Below, piece by piece: positions 1 to 10,728 of a stretch of 64,000 nucleotides of DNA; the first letter of the stretch is position 1, and every line of letters starts with the position of its first letter. The stretch comes from Rebecca billardiae RCC1528 (lineage: Eukaryota; Protista; Haptophyta). The notes beneath the pieces were generated by a model. That model ran no database searches. It was not told the DNA's origin and saw nothing but the letters and a program-made list of their open reading frames with translations. The position numbers and the translations under genes are program-made. The stretch covers positions 2,232,001 to 2,296,000 of the forward strand of contig OZ251232.1 of the NCBI GenBank assembly GCA_965240325.2, in the 5' to 3' direction.

Positions 1-187
1 CGGTCCTCAGAAACGGATAAAAAAGCGGGGGGCGGCAAACGGCGGCCGCCATACGTAACTGGCAGCGCAGCTTTCGCCTGCAGCTCTGCAGGCAGTACCG
101 GGTACTTCGACCATCCGGACGGTTGGAGCCAACCGCCTGGAGAGGAAAAGAAATCGTGCACGTAGGGAATTCGGGATTAATACAACA
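1..187 (-). repeat. 3' LTR (partial)
   Basis: Identical to 2927-3113 and preceded on the minus strand by the PPT. Confidence 0.93.
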
Positions 188-200
188 CCCCCCCTCGACA

Positions 201-2786
201 TCATGCCGAAGGCGGCAGAGGTTGTGGAACAGCATGCAGTATCGCCACGACGTGTTTGAGAAAAGTACTCGTCGCGGTAGCCTTGGTCATGATGTCGGAC
301 CGGTTGTCGTCGGTCGACACCTTCTGGATCAGCACGGCGCCGTCGGCTTGCGCGCGCCGCGTGAAATGGTACTTCACGTCAATGTGCTTGGTGCGCTTGT
401 GGTGCACCGGGTTGTTCGTCAAATCGATCGTGCCCTGGTTATCCTCGTAGATCACCGTCGTGGGCTCCACGACCGGCTCGTTCAAAAACGTGACCAGGTC
501 GCGCAGGTAGATCACCTCGCGGCAGCACTCGCTCAGCGCGATGTACTCCGCCTCGCACGTAGACAACGCGACCACGCTCTGCAGTCCGCTGTGCCACGAG
601 ATCGGGACCCCGTTGTACATAACAAGGTATCCCGTCGTAGAACGTCGATCTTCGCGATCGTTCGCCCAGTCCGAGTCCGCGTACGCCACCAAATCAGGGT
701 GTTGTGCGTGCGTCGCGTGCCGGAACAGGATGCCGCGCCGACGCGTGCCGAGCAAGTATCGGAGCGTGCGCTTCGCGGCGGTCAAGTCGTAGAGCCGGGG
801 ATTGGACATCCGGCGTGCCAGCATGTTCACGGCGTGCGCGATGTCGGGGCGACACGTCGTCATGCAGTACATGAGGGCACCGGTCATCTCCTGGTAGTGC
901 TGGCGGTCAGCGCGCAGCAGGAGGGCTTGCAGCGGGCGGGGGATCTCGCGCGTCTCGCTGCACTCGGGGGTCGGTGGGTGGCGCTCTCCACTCAGGTGGA
1001 AGCGCTCGCACACATCACCGATGTACTGGTTCAGGTGGGTAAAAAGTCCGTCCACCGTGGTCTCAAATTCGGCGCCAAGGAACTTGCTCAGGCAGTCCGC
1101 GCCCTGCATCTCGTAGTGCGTCAGCAACGCCGTCATCAGCGCGTCCAACGCGCTCTTGTCCTTCGAGATGTTCATCATCAGCAGATCGTCGACAAAGTGA
1201 CCGACGAACACGTAGCCGCCATCGACTGCCTTCGAGTAGATGCACGGCGCGCTCGGGCACGGCTCGAACCCATGTTCGAGCAAACACTTCCGCAAGTGTA
1301 GGTACCACACGCGCCCGGCCTGGCGCATGCCAGGGAGCGCCTTCACAAACTTCGCGACCACCTTCGAGCCGAGCGGCGTCGAGCTCTTCGCGGTGTAGCC
1401 AGGCGGGAGCGGTGTCATCACCTCCTCACCCTCCGGCAGGTCGCTGTTCAGGTATGCGTGCCGCACGTCGGCGGGTCGCATCTCCACGATCTTGGCGCTC
1501 GCCGCGTCCGTCATCGAGACGCCTTTGGCCTTGAGCGCGACCGCGAGCATCAGCCGCAGCTGTTCTGGTCGTATCGTCGGGGCGAACACCTCATTGAAGT
1601 CGATGCCCTCGCGCTGGCGGAACCCCTGGGTTACCAGCCGCGCCTTGAACTTGATCACTTCGCCATCGGGAAGCGTCTTCACGTCGAACACCCACTTGAC
1701 AGGAATCGTCCGCGTGTTGTCCGGCACAATCACCTCGAAGAACGTGTGTCTCACGCCGTGCGCGTCGAGGTGGTCGTGGCAGGCCTGCATCCAGAGCTTG
1801 GCCTCGGGCGACTTCATCGCCTCGTCCCACGTCGTGGGGATGGTGATCGGCACACCATTCATCCGCGCGATCGTCGTCGCAGCGAATGCCTCGAAGCTGT
1901 TCTCCTCGGTAGGTTCCTCGCCCGCGGCCTGGAACGCTGCCTCGGTCACAGCCTGCACCGTCTGCGCGGCGGGTCTGCTCCGCCTCGCTCGGTCTCGTCG
2001 CATCGGGTCGTAGTCGCGCGGCAGCTCGGGCGCCGCGGACTCACCAGCTCGTGCGTCGTCATCGCCTCCGGCGTCATCGCCGTCGGCGCTCGGTCGCGCA
2101 GCTTCGCTCGCCGCGCCACCGTCGTCATGAGCAGCAGCGCCGCCGTCATCGGCCGCGCCGTCCTCAATCTCAAAATGCTCGTCGCCCTCGCCGGTGAGCT
2201 CGCCGTCGGCGGCGTCTCCCAGCTCAGTCTCGGGCTCGGCACTGTCATCGCTGGCCGCGAATGGAGTGTGCCTCCCCTCGACCAGCGACCGCTCATCAAT
2301 GATGTACACGTCCTTTGAGTGTATCACCTGCTGCTGCCCGTCGTCGAGCAGCACCTCGCGCCCAGTCCGGCTGTCCTCTCGTGAGGATGGTCGGGGCGCT
2401 CGCAGCATCGGCCTCAGCGGATGCCGTGAAGGGTATGGATCGTCTCCATTCCCATCATCATCGAGCTCGTGCTCGACGTTGTCGATCACGAGGACCATCC
2501 AGGCCCCCGCCGCGGTGTCGTCACCGCAAGTGCCACACGCGGGCACGTCAATGCTCGCGCGGTTCGTACCGCGCGCGCAGCCGCCCTGCAGGCGGAGGAC
2601 ATTCGAGGTTGCGTAACGGGTGTCCTTCTGGTAGTCACCGAACTCGTACACCACGCCGTGCGTGGGCATCTGGTTCGTCTGCGCGCTTTCACTCGGCTGC
2701 TCGATGCAGAGCGCGCTGCACGCGAGCATCATTGCCCGCGCGTTCGTCGCGACACCCGCGACGCTGCGACCGGTCGGGTGGGCCAT
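201..2786 (-). CDS. Copia pol fragment: reverse transcriptase (RVT_2) plus RNase H
   Basis: RT motifs: KWVFDVK, KFKARLVTQGFRQREGIDF, DVRHAYLN, KALPGMRQAGRVW, FVDD. RNase H motifs: YADSDWA, STCEAEY, EDNQG, KRTKHIDVKYHF, DIMTK. The post-integrase remnant VIHSKDVYIIDE is also present. Confidence 0.95.
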   Translation of the reverse strand: MAHPTGRSVAGVATNARAMMLACSALCIEQPSESAQTNQMPTHGVVYEFGDYQKDTRYATSNVLRLQGGCARGTNRASIDVPACGTCGDDTAAGAWMVLVIDNVEHELDDDGNGDDPYPSRHPLRPMLRAPRPSSREDSRTGREVLLDDGQQQVIHSKDVYIIDERSLVEGRHTPFAASDDSAEPETELGDAADGELTGEGDEHFEIEDGAADDGGAAAHDDGGAASEAARPSADGDDAGGDDDARAGESAAPELPRDYDPMRRDRARRSRPAAQTVQAVTEAAFQAAGEEPTEENSFEAFAATTIARMNGVPITIPTTWDEAMKSPEAKLWMQACHDHLDAHGVRHTFFEVIVPDNTRTIPVKWVFDVKTLPDGEVIKFKARLVTQGFRQREGIDFNEVFAPTIRPEQLRLMLAVALKAKGVSMTDAASAKIVEMRPADVRHAYLNSDLPEGEEVMTPLPPGYTAKSSTPLGSKVVAKFVKALPGMRQAGRVWYLHLRKCLLEHGFEPCPSAPCIYSKAVDGGYVFVGHFVDDLLMMNISKDKSALDALMTALLTHYEMQGADCLSKFLGAEFETTVDGLFTHLNQYIGDVCERFHLSGERHPPTPECSETREIPRPLQALLLRADRQHYQEMTGALMYCMTTCRPDIAHAVNMLARRMSNPRLYDLTAAKRTLRYLLGTRRRGILFRHATHAQHPDLVAYADSDWANDREDRRSTTGYLVMYNGVPISWHSGLQSVVALSTCEAEYIALSECCREVIYLRDLVTFLNEPVVEPTTVIYEDNQGTIDLTNNPVHHKRTKHIDVKYHFTRRAQADGAVLIQKVSTDDNRSDIMTKATATSTFLKHVVAILHAVPQPLPPSA

Positions 2787-2926
2787 GCCCGGCGGTACGT
2801 GGGTTCACACGCGTGAGCTCATGATGTTTATTCCGCCTTACCAGTTCCCCGGTCACGCAGGGGCTTATGACAGTGTCCCTGCGGACGTCGTCAGCAGCGC
2901 CGTCCGTGCGGACGAGCGGGCGGTGT

Positions 2927-3113
2927 CGGTCCTCAGAAACGGATAAAAAAGCGGGGGGCGGCAAACGGCGGCCGCCATACGTAACTGGCAGCGCAGCTTT
3001 CGCCTGCAGCTCTGCAGGCAGTACCGGGTACTTCGACCATCCGGACGGTTGGAGCCAACCGCCTGGAGAGGAAAAGAAATCGTGCACGTAGGGAATTCGG
3101 GATTAATACAACA
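2927..3113 (-). repeat. 5' LTR (verifiable part; probably extends to about 2820)
   Basis: Identical to 1-187 and starts TGTTG. An AATAAA on the minus strand near 2827-2832 suggests the LTR continues. The inner end and the PBS were not located. Confidence 0.88.
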
Positions 3114-3272
3114 AAAGAATATATGATGCTGATTAGCTGATGATGACCTCTCTCTCTCTCCCTCTCTCTCTCGTCTCTCTTCTTTCCGTGGCTGAGGCTC
3201 TGAGTCTGAGTCTGGACGCTCACTGCGACACTGGTTAGTTAATCAGAGTCCGTGCCCTAAGCCAGGACCCGG

Positions 3273-5174
3273 CTACGCCGCAAGACGATGCTGATGCTGC
3301 ACCCGCCACGCGCGAGCGAGCACTCGCCGGTACATGTCGAAGGCGTCGCACGGGGGCCCCAGCGTCGCGCCCCCCACCCCCGCCGGCGGCCGCCAGCCCG
3401 CCGCTGCTCGCGCGGCCGCGTCCGCAGCGCACGACTCGTCGTCGAGCGCGTACACAAACAGCGGCGCGACGCGCTCGAGCTCGGTGCGCATCGCCCGGAG
3501 GAGCGGCGAGCGCACGAGGCTGGTGACCTCGCCGAGCCACGTGCTCGACACGTTCCGGGGCGAGGTGGGAGGGCCGAACGCGCTCGCGTTGAGCACCACA
3601 GCGAATCGAGAGTAGTCGAGGCCTGGCCACGAGGCAGCCTCCGCGTCGTCCTCCTCAGCAGGGGGCACCACCTGCGGATCTCCGGGGCGCGTGGGCGCGG
3701 CCGACGACAGGGGGCGCCGCCACGGCCACGACGTTGCTCTGCTCTCGTCGTACAGCCGGTGGCCGCCCTCGACGAGGATGGGCACGCAGCCACTCAGGAT
3801 CGCCGCGAAGAGGTGTGACCTGTCGAGGAGGTCGCCTGGCGGCTCAAAGCACATGTGCGAGCGCAGCAGCTGCGTGAAGAGCGTCGAGCGTGGCGGCGAG
3901 CTGAGCGGGCACCCCCGCCCGCGGCGGACGCAGCGTGCACACAGCGAGAGCCCTCTCGTGCAGTTCGCGCCGTGTCGCCTGAGCGAGAGCATCATCTTGA
4001 AGCGCACGTACTGGTTGGGCTCACCGTCCGCGTGCAGGCCACCGCCGCGCTTGATGTCGGCGGCCGCGAGGATGGCGATGTCGCGGCGCTTGAGGCTCTT
4101 CGCGGGGGAGTAGGCGCCGTGCGCCACGCCCCAGCTGCGCACTGCGCGTGAGAAGCCCACGGCCGCCGGCACCGAGACGAGCAGCGGCCCGCCAAAGTCC
4201 ACGGCCGGAGCGGCGCGTCCGTGCTGGCGGCCGGCAGCCGCCGCGCGGACCAGCGCCTCGCGGCGCTGCAGCTCGACGAGCGCGTCGTCCGACCACGCGG
4301 CTCCGAACGAGCGGCGCATCTTTAGCCCGACGCGAGAGAGGCGGTTCGCCACCACCACGACCGACTGGAACGCCGCCGGCTGCTCGCTCAGTGCCTCAAC
4401 GAAGGAGAGCAGCGGGCCGTCGAGTGAGAGCTCGACGGCCACGACGACCAGCGGCGGATGCGCGCGGCCGTCAAAGTACAGCCGCCGCACGAGCGACCAG
4501 AACGCTGCGGCCAGCTCTCGAGTGGCGCACCGGTATACTCCCCACGTGAAGCCGTGGGTGGCGAAGAGATGGAGGAAGAGCGAGGGCACCACCACGATGT
4601 TGGCGTCGCACGCGGCGGCGTCGGCAGGGTCGCACACAGCGTGCGCGCTCTGCAGGTGGCGCGCGAGGAAGATGCGCTCGTGGAGGTTCTGGTCGAAGGC
4701 CACGAGTCCCTTGTCCCATATAGAACCACTGCTCGTCTCCCGGATCGACTCGCAATGCGGGCTTGAGTGCACGCAGTAGTCAGGTGGCGCCGAGCAAGCG
4801 GGCACAAATCGTGGCGCATCCGCAGCAGCGCACGTGCGTGCGCTTTCGTTGAAGATGTGCCGCATGTTCAGCAGCGAATGGCGGAGGCGAGCGATACTGG
4901 GGCGGGCCGAGGCGTCCAGCCATGGCGGGGGCGAGCAGCCGGGGGCCAACGTGAACCGTGGGGTCGAGAGGGTCTGCTTGCACCCGTACGCAACATCGCC
5001 CTCGACGGCCGACGCCACGTCGATGCCGGCCAAGCGCAGGTCGAGGAAGTCGCTCACCGCGATCGAGGGCGCCGCTGCCTCGGTGGTATCTGCGAGGGCG
5101 ATGCTTCCCGCGAGAGCGACGAGCAAGCCGCAAAGCCTGGTGCGCAGCCGCACCGCTGAGGTTCGTGGTGCCAT
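3273..5174 (-). CDS. Exostosin-family (GT47) glycosyltransferase-like protein with signal peptide/anchor
   Basis: SHMCFEPPGDLLDRSHLFAAILSGCVPILV matches the GT47 S.FCL.P.GD...R..F.AI..GC.PV motif. N-terminus is hydrophobic (LCGLLVALAGSIALA). Confidence 0.8.
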   Translation of the reverse strand: MAPRTSAVRLRTRLCGLLVALAGSIALADTTEAAAPSIAVSDFLDLRLAGIDVASAVEGDVAYGCKQTLSTPRFTLAPGCSPPPWLDASARPSIARLRHSLLNMRHIFNESARTCAAADAPRFVPACSAPPDYCVHSSPHCESIRETSSGSIWDKGLVAFDQNLHERIFLARHLQSAHAVCDPADAAACDANIVVVPSLFLHLFATHGFTWGVYRCATRELAAAFWSLVRRLYFDGRAHPPLVVVAVELSLDGPLLSFVEALSEQPAAFQSVVVVANRLSRVGLKMRRSFGAAWSDDALVELQRREALVRAAAAGRQHGRAAPAVDFGGPLLVSVPAAVGFSRAVRSWGVAHGAYSPAKSLKRRDIAILAAADIKRGGGLHADGEPNQYVRFKMMLSLRRHGANCTRGLSLCARCVRRGRGCPLSSPPRSTLFTQLLRSHMCFEPPGDLLDRSHLFAAILSGCVPILVEGGHRLYDESRATSWPWRRPLSSAAPTRPGDPQVVPPAEEDDAEAASWPGLDYSRFAVVLNASAFGPPTSPRNVSSTWLGEVTSLVRSPLLRAMRTELERVAPLFVYALDDESCAADAAARAAAGWRPPAGVGGATLGPPCDAFDMYRRVLARAWRVQHQHRLAA

Positions 5175-5329
5175 CGAGTTATTACGATGACTACGGCGAA
5201 TTTACTTTCGGGAAGGACCCAATATGCTTCGTGTAGGGGCGTTGCGAGCCAGCTGGACAAACACGGTTCGTCGGTTCCGGTCTTCTTCAAGATCTCGCTA
5301 AGTTTATCATAGATGACTACGCCGCAGCA

Positions 5330-7409
5330 GCGCCAGCCGCCGCCAGCAAGCCAGCTGAGCAGAGCGGCAAGCGCGCACGCGGCCGCGCAGGGCACACGGG
5401 GACGACTACATCACCGCCGGATCACCCGCCAGGGCCCAGCGGCTGAGACGGCCGTCTGACATCCGGACCTGCACCCTCGCCCTCGCTCGGGGCACAGCAG
5501 GTTAGGGGGGCCAAACCGCCCATTTAAAAATGAAAAGCAAAGTCGCGTCGCATTTTCGCTCCGCCCTCGGCCTTTTAGGGTGGCGCGGAGCCTTTTTCTC
5601 GGACCTCGCTCGAAAATCGAGCTCCGACGCCTTCGGGCGCTCAGAGCTCGGTTCCGCTCCAGCACGAGCGGCCGGAGGCAGTGGACCGCCGCGCGCTCGC
5701 GACCTCTGAGACGCCGAGATGGTCTCGGGTGCGCGCGCGCGTGCCGCTGGTGGGCGCTACTGACCCGTGCCTTTGCGCCACCAGCGGCTCACCACCCGCT
5801 TCTTGGCCACCTCGCGCCGTGCGCGGCGCGCGTCGGCCGGCTTGAATTGGTGCGCTGCGTACGCCCGCTACGCTACCGCACGGTGTGGCGCATGATCAAC
5901 TCGGACCAATGAGATCGATGCTCGGACCAATCGTCCATGTATGTCTGTGAATGCCCAGCTCGCCTAACCTGCCCTACTGCGCCGGAATCGCCGTCAGCAG
6001 ACCGGCGCGAGCTCGCGCACAGCACCTCCGCGGAGCTCGCAACTGTCATGTTCCGCTTGTAGGGCCCGTGTTTGCACCTGCCGTGGCACTTGCGATGGTC
6101 AGTACGTTGGGTATGGGTCACGTGTGCCCTCTGATGGCGTCTGGGCGCCTCCCATTCGCCTCTCAGGACGTCGCGGACGTGCTCGCAGGCAGCGGTTGGC
6201 TCATTCGACAGGTCCGACGTGCACTCGACCGTGCCTGCAAGCGCGCCCCTGTGACGCTCATGCCTGCAGAAGCAGATGCAGATGGGCCCTCATGCACCCT
6301 GGTGCGCCCAAGACCGGCGGGAGCGTCAGAGACCGTCTCAATCTTGACACCTTGCACACGCCGGCGCTTGCCGTTGGGCTCCGCGCAGCCAGCCAGGAGC
6401 GCCGAACAGCGCCGGATCAGCCTCTGTAGGCCGAATATCCGCCCCTAAGCCCAGAAATAGCGCGGAACAGGGTAGTGCGTACCTATGTGGACCAATCCCA
6501 TCCAGCCTGGTTTGGTGCAGACACGCCAGCCACCGCCTGGAGCAGACGTTTGCTGCCGAATCGCATGCTCGGCACTGTGCCGCACTGCGACGACGACAGA
6601 TTTGACCTGCCTCGTAGGTCTCGGCCAGGGAGCGGTGACGGTTGGCTCGAGTGACTTTAAACCTTGACTATGACCGAGAGCACTCCCGGGCTGAGGACGT
6701 GGGGCCGGTGCTTTGGGTCTAATATGTCTGCAATACGCCGTACGCGTGGCCGTATACACAGTCTGAAAACGTATCTCGCAGCTCGAGATCAGATGAGGCT
6801 GTATTCATCAGCATGGCGCCTATATACACAGTGGGTATGTAACGATCGGTGGCTTCTAGGAAACTACATATTTGACAGCCTGCCAGTACACAGCCTATAT
6901 CGCATGTTGGGACCTGCTGCTGCTGGGGACTCAGAACGATCTCGCTGAGATGCTCTAACAAAGTGAGGTCGACATGGTCTATATGTCACATATAGGACGA
7001 CCGTTACATGCCGTTTCCAATAAGTTCAGGCTCATTCTAATAAGTAAATATGCTAGCCGTTACGCCCTATATTCAGGGTATGTGCACCTGATTTTTTTAC
7101 ATGGCCGGCCCAGACCCCTCCAGAGGGCAAATGATCCAGCCCGAAATCAGCTCTAAACACTCGCTAGGACCCGCGCTCGTGGCCGTCAGTAATGCTACAG
7201 TGCCACTTTGGCCCCCCTAAGCAGGTCCATGCGAGCCGCGCAGCGCAGGTGGATCGCGCTCCAGCAGCTCAAGGCCGCGCTCAAGCCATTCGATCGCGGT
7301 TCAGGCTATGCTCTGCCACCAGCGCCGACTTCGTGTCGACGATCGGGCACTGCCGACGACGAATCAGGAGACCTGCGCCGTCCTACCTGTGTCGTTAAAT
7401 CATGGAATG
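5330..7409. repeat. Dispersed repeat family A, copy 1 (about 5330-5502 plus 7220-7409), inverted relative to copies 2 and 3 and split by the TIR element
   Basis: 7221-7409 is the diverged reverse complement of about 8124-8315. About 5330-5500 matches about 9020-9200 in reverse. Confidence 0.8.
5503..7219. mobile_element. Non-autonomous TIR DNA transposon (about 1.7 kb) nested in a dispersed repeat
   Basis: Ends are TAGGGGGGCCAAA and TTTGGCCCCCCTA. Flanking duplication AGCAGGT at 5496-5502 and 7220-7226. Removing the element restores GGCACAGCAGGTCCATGC, the reverse complement of the uninterrupted site near 8305-8320 and 9013-9030. Confidence 0.85.
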
Positions 7410-8123
7410 CGTCGGGGCTAAGTAGTGCTGCTTTGGTTTACCCGTACGGTAACTAAGTATTAATAGCGCCGACTGCTTAATTAATAATACCTCGGTCGGC
7501 TCCCGGGCAAAGTATGATAGTCCGGCAACTACTTAGCTACCTAGCTTTCCGAGAACAGCTGACTAGCTGAGTAGTCGCGCTACTTCACTACGTAGTACTA
7601 CTACGTAGTCGACTTAAAAGGTAGCTGAGCCGTGAGCGAGCACGGGCCACTGCCCACTGTATGGCGGGCGTCAATCTCGCCTGCCTGAGCTGTGTGCGTC
7701 TCTTATTCTTAGTAAACTGTACTCGCCTGGGTAGACGCGCGGGCGCGAATCGCGAGTCGCGACGAGACTCACGTCATTCCGAGATCATCAGTTCATCAGA
7801 GCCCCGACTCCCGCCGCCGAGGCACGGACCTTGTCCTTACTCCTTTGGCACCTTTGCGCGCGCGCCGACTGCAGCCTCGACGCCGCGCCGCCGCTGCACC
7901 GAGTGCACGGCCGTCGCGCCGGCCCGGCCCGAGCTAGGCACGGCGACTACGAATAGGTGTACGTCGTAGTGGCTACGTAGTCCAACTACTTAGCTACCTC
8001 GGTCGGCACCCCGGGCAAAGTAGTCACGGCACTACGTAGCGCTACCTAGTCTCCCGTGGAACCGAGTGAACAGTAGTGATGGCTACTTACGCAACTACTT
8101 GGTGAGAAGTTGTCTACCTTACT

Positions 8124-8597
8124 CATTCTATGATTTAACGACACAGGTAGGACGACGCGGGTCTCCTGATTCGTCGGCGGCAGTGCCCGATCGTCGACAC
8201 AAAGTCGGCGTTGGTGGCAGAGCATAGCCTGCACCGCGCGATCGTAAAGCTTGAGCGCTGGCCTTGAGCTGCTGACGCGCGATCCACCCGCGCTGCGCGG
8301 CTCGCATGGACCTGCTGTGCCCCGAGCGAAGGCGAAAGTGCAGGTCCGGATGTCAGCTGGCAGTCTCAGCCGCTGGTAGCAGCAGTGGTCGAGCCTGCCC
8401 CGTGCTCCCCGGGCGGTCGCGTACGCGCTTGCTGCTCAATTGCCAGCTGGCTGGCTGGCGGCGGGCTGGCGCTGCGCGGCGTCGTCCAGGGTGCGCTTCG
8501 CCCGCTGCAGCGACGCCTCCTCGTCGTCCAAGTCGTCGCCCGGGGGCGAGTCTCGGTCATCGTGGAGGGGGGCAGCAGGGGCTGGCGTGGGTGCAGC
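8124..8597. repeat. Dispersed repeat family A, copy 2
   Basis: Direct diverged match to about 8845-9310 (GGACGACGCGGGTCT...GCATGGACCTGCTGTGCCCCGAGC...GCTGGCGTGGGTGCA). Confidence 0.85.
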
Positions 8598-8844
8598 GCA
8601 CTATACCTGCTAGTACCTATACCATGGGCCATGCCCTGCGCGGTAACGCCGCGGTTCCTCGCCGTCAGAATAAGAGATGACTCACCGTGAGTGTCAGTCT
8701 CACCGGTCACCCCGCTGCTAGCAGTACCAGTTGTTATCTATTAACTAAAGTTCTCGCTGTATATGTTTCAATTTACCCACCACAGGTCCAAGGATCCTGG
8801 GTCTTGGGTCCTTCGCGTTTGTCCAGCTGGCGCATCGCTCCGAG

Positions 8845-9310
8845 GACGACGCGGGTCTGGATCCTGATTCGTCGGCGGCAATGCCCGATCGTCGACACGA
8901 AGTCGGCGTTGGTTGGTGGCAGAGCATAGCCTGCACCGCGAATCCGCGATCGAAAAACATCGGAGCGCGGCCTTCAGTTGCTGAAGCGCGATCCACCTGC
9001 GCTGCGCGGCTCGCATGGACCTGCTGTGCCCCGAGCAAGGGCGAGGGTGCAGGTCCGGATGTCAGCTGGCAGTCTCAGCCGCTGGTAGCAGCTGGTCGAG
9101 CCTGCCCCGTGCTCCCCGTGCGGTCGCGTACGCGGCACTACGCGCTTGCCGCTCCGGAGCCAGCTGGCTGGCTGGCGGCGGCTGGCGCTGCAGCGTCGTC
9201 CAGGGTGCGCTTCGCCCGCTGCGGCGATGCCTCCTCGTCGTCCAAGTCGTCGCCCGGGGGCGAGTGTCGGTCATCGTGGAGGGGGGCAGCAGGCGCTGGC
9301 GTGGGTGCAA
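8845..9310. repeat. Dispersed repeat family A, copy 3
   Basis: Direct diverged match to copy 2. Confidence 0.85.
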
Positions 9311-9689
9311 CGGTCGGCGCCAGGCTCAACGCCTCAGCGCGCCTGGCGTTCCTTGACGGCGCCGGCTCGCCGAGGAGCGACGGCTCGATGGAGAACGAAT
9401 CCGTCGGCCCTCGGCGTCGCGCCGTTGCCCGCGCTCCCCACGCCGGGGCTTCTTCTTCCGCTTCTGAGAGTGCTGCTGCTCGTCGTTTGCCTGCGGCACC
9501 TCGGCAGCGTCCATGCTGCTGCCTGCGTGGCGGGCGGGCGCATCGGCCGGCTAAGCTAGTGCGCGCTGCGCGCTGGGCGGTCGGCGGGGGAGCACGAGTA
9601 GGCGCGCCACGGCCTCCCTTGCGCCGCCGGCTGCCACCGGCGGGGGTTCCGAGGAGAAGCGGGGCCTGCATCCGTCACGGCCGGCCTCC

Positions 9690-9766
9690 TTAAGAGACGC
9701 ACACAGCTTAGGCGAGTATACAGTTTACTAAGAATAAGAGACGCACACAGCTCAGGCAGGCGAGAT
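9690..9766 (-). repeat. Conserved motif B (CTCGCCTGCCTGAGCTGTGTGCGTCTCTTATTCTTAGTAAACTGTA), here about 1.5 tandem copies
   Basis: The same motif occurs at about 7675-7722 (+), 18150-18232 (-, degenerate), 27006-27043 (+) and 63963-63995 (+). Confidence 0.85.
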
Positions 9767-10007
9767 ACGGAACGCAGGCCCCACTTGTACAAGGGAATTC
9801 CGTGGATTCCTTGCATCGCCCCGAACCGATCCTACCCGCAAATGATACGCGCTATCATAGGACTGTATTCATATTCTTACCCCTTTTGAGTGCTCCAGTC
9901 GTTCGACGAGAGCATCTCGAAGGCTCACTCGCCACCGGTCGAAGGGGTGGGGCCGCGTGGAGGCCGGCCCGCGCGTGCCGCTGACTGCGGGGTGCGCCCA
10001 GTCGGAG

Positions 10008-10694
10008 ATGCCGAAGCCGAAGGAGGGCCGCGTGCTCTCAAGCGCGTCCAAGGCGGTGAGCGCGCAGATCCACAGCATCGGCGCGCGCCTGAAGGGCACC
10101 TACTCTTCCGCGCGCCGGCCCGGCGCCGTGCCGGCCGGCGCGGCCGCGGGCGCCGCCGACGGCGCGTTCCACTTTGAGAAGGGGGCGAAGCGCGGGGCGC
10201 GCCAGGGCGCGCGATACCACGAGCAAGGCTCTGCGGAGGAGATGGTGCGCGACCTGCCGCAGCGCCTCGCGCTCCTCGAGTCCTCCCAGATGGTGTGGGC
10301 GATCGTCCGCTTCTGGCAGGCGTGCGGGCTCGGCGAGGGCGACACGATGTCGCAGCAGCAGTACGTCGCGGTGATGGAGCGGATCGCGCGCGCGCTCGGC
10401 GTGACGGCAAACGCCACAGACGAGAGCGCCGCCGCGCACGCGCTCGCGCTCGACGACTGGGCGAGCGACATGCGCGCGGCCGGCCAGGCGACGGACGGCA
10501 GTGCCGCGATGCCGATGCACGTCTTCTGCGCGTCGCTGTTCGAGCTGGCGGACGTGTGGGTCGAGACGGCGGAGGAGGCGGACTACGTGGCGTTCCTCTC
10601 GACGCTGTACTACCGCATCACCCGGCTCAGCGCGGCGGGCATGCTCGCCGTGCGCGCGGGGCTGGATGCGCACGAGGCCGCCAACTCCGACGAG

Positions 10695-10728
<34 letters not shown>

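Larger units (their letters stand above)
1..3113 (-). mobile_element. Ty1/copia LTR retrotransposon, internally deleted (no recognisable gag, protease or integrase); 3' LTR runs off the window start
   Basis: Bases 1-187 are identical to 2927-3113. Both begin TGTTG on the minus strand. A polypurine tract GAGGGGGGG (188-196, minus) lies directly before the 3' LTR. A copia RT-RNase H ORF lies between the repeats. Confidence 0.95.

Noticed and set aside
6664-6948. YSSAWRLYTQW resembling the N-terminal domain of a tyrosine recombinase
   Set aside because: The ORF is short with no R-H-R-Y catalytic motifs nearby, and the enclosing element has TIRs and a TSD, unlike YR elements.
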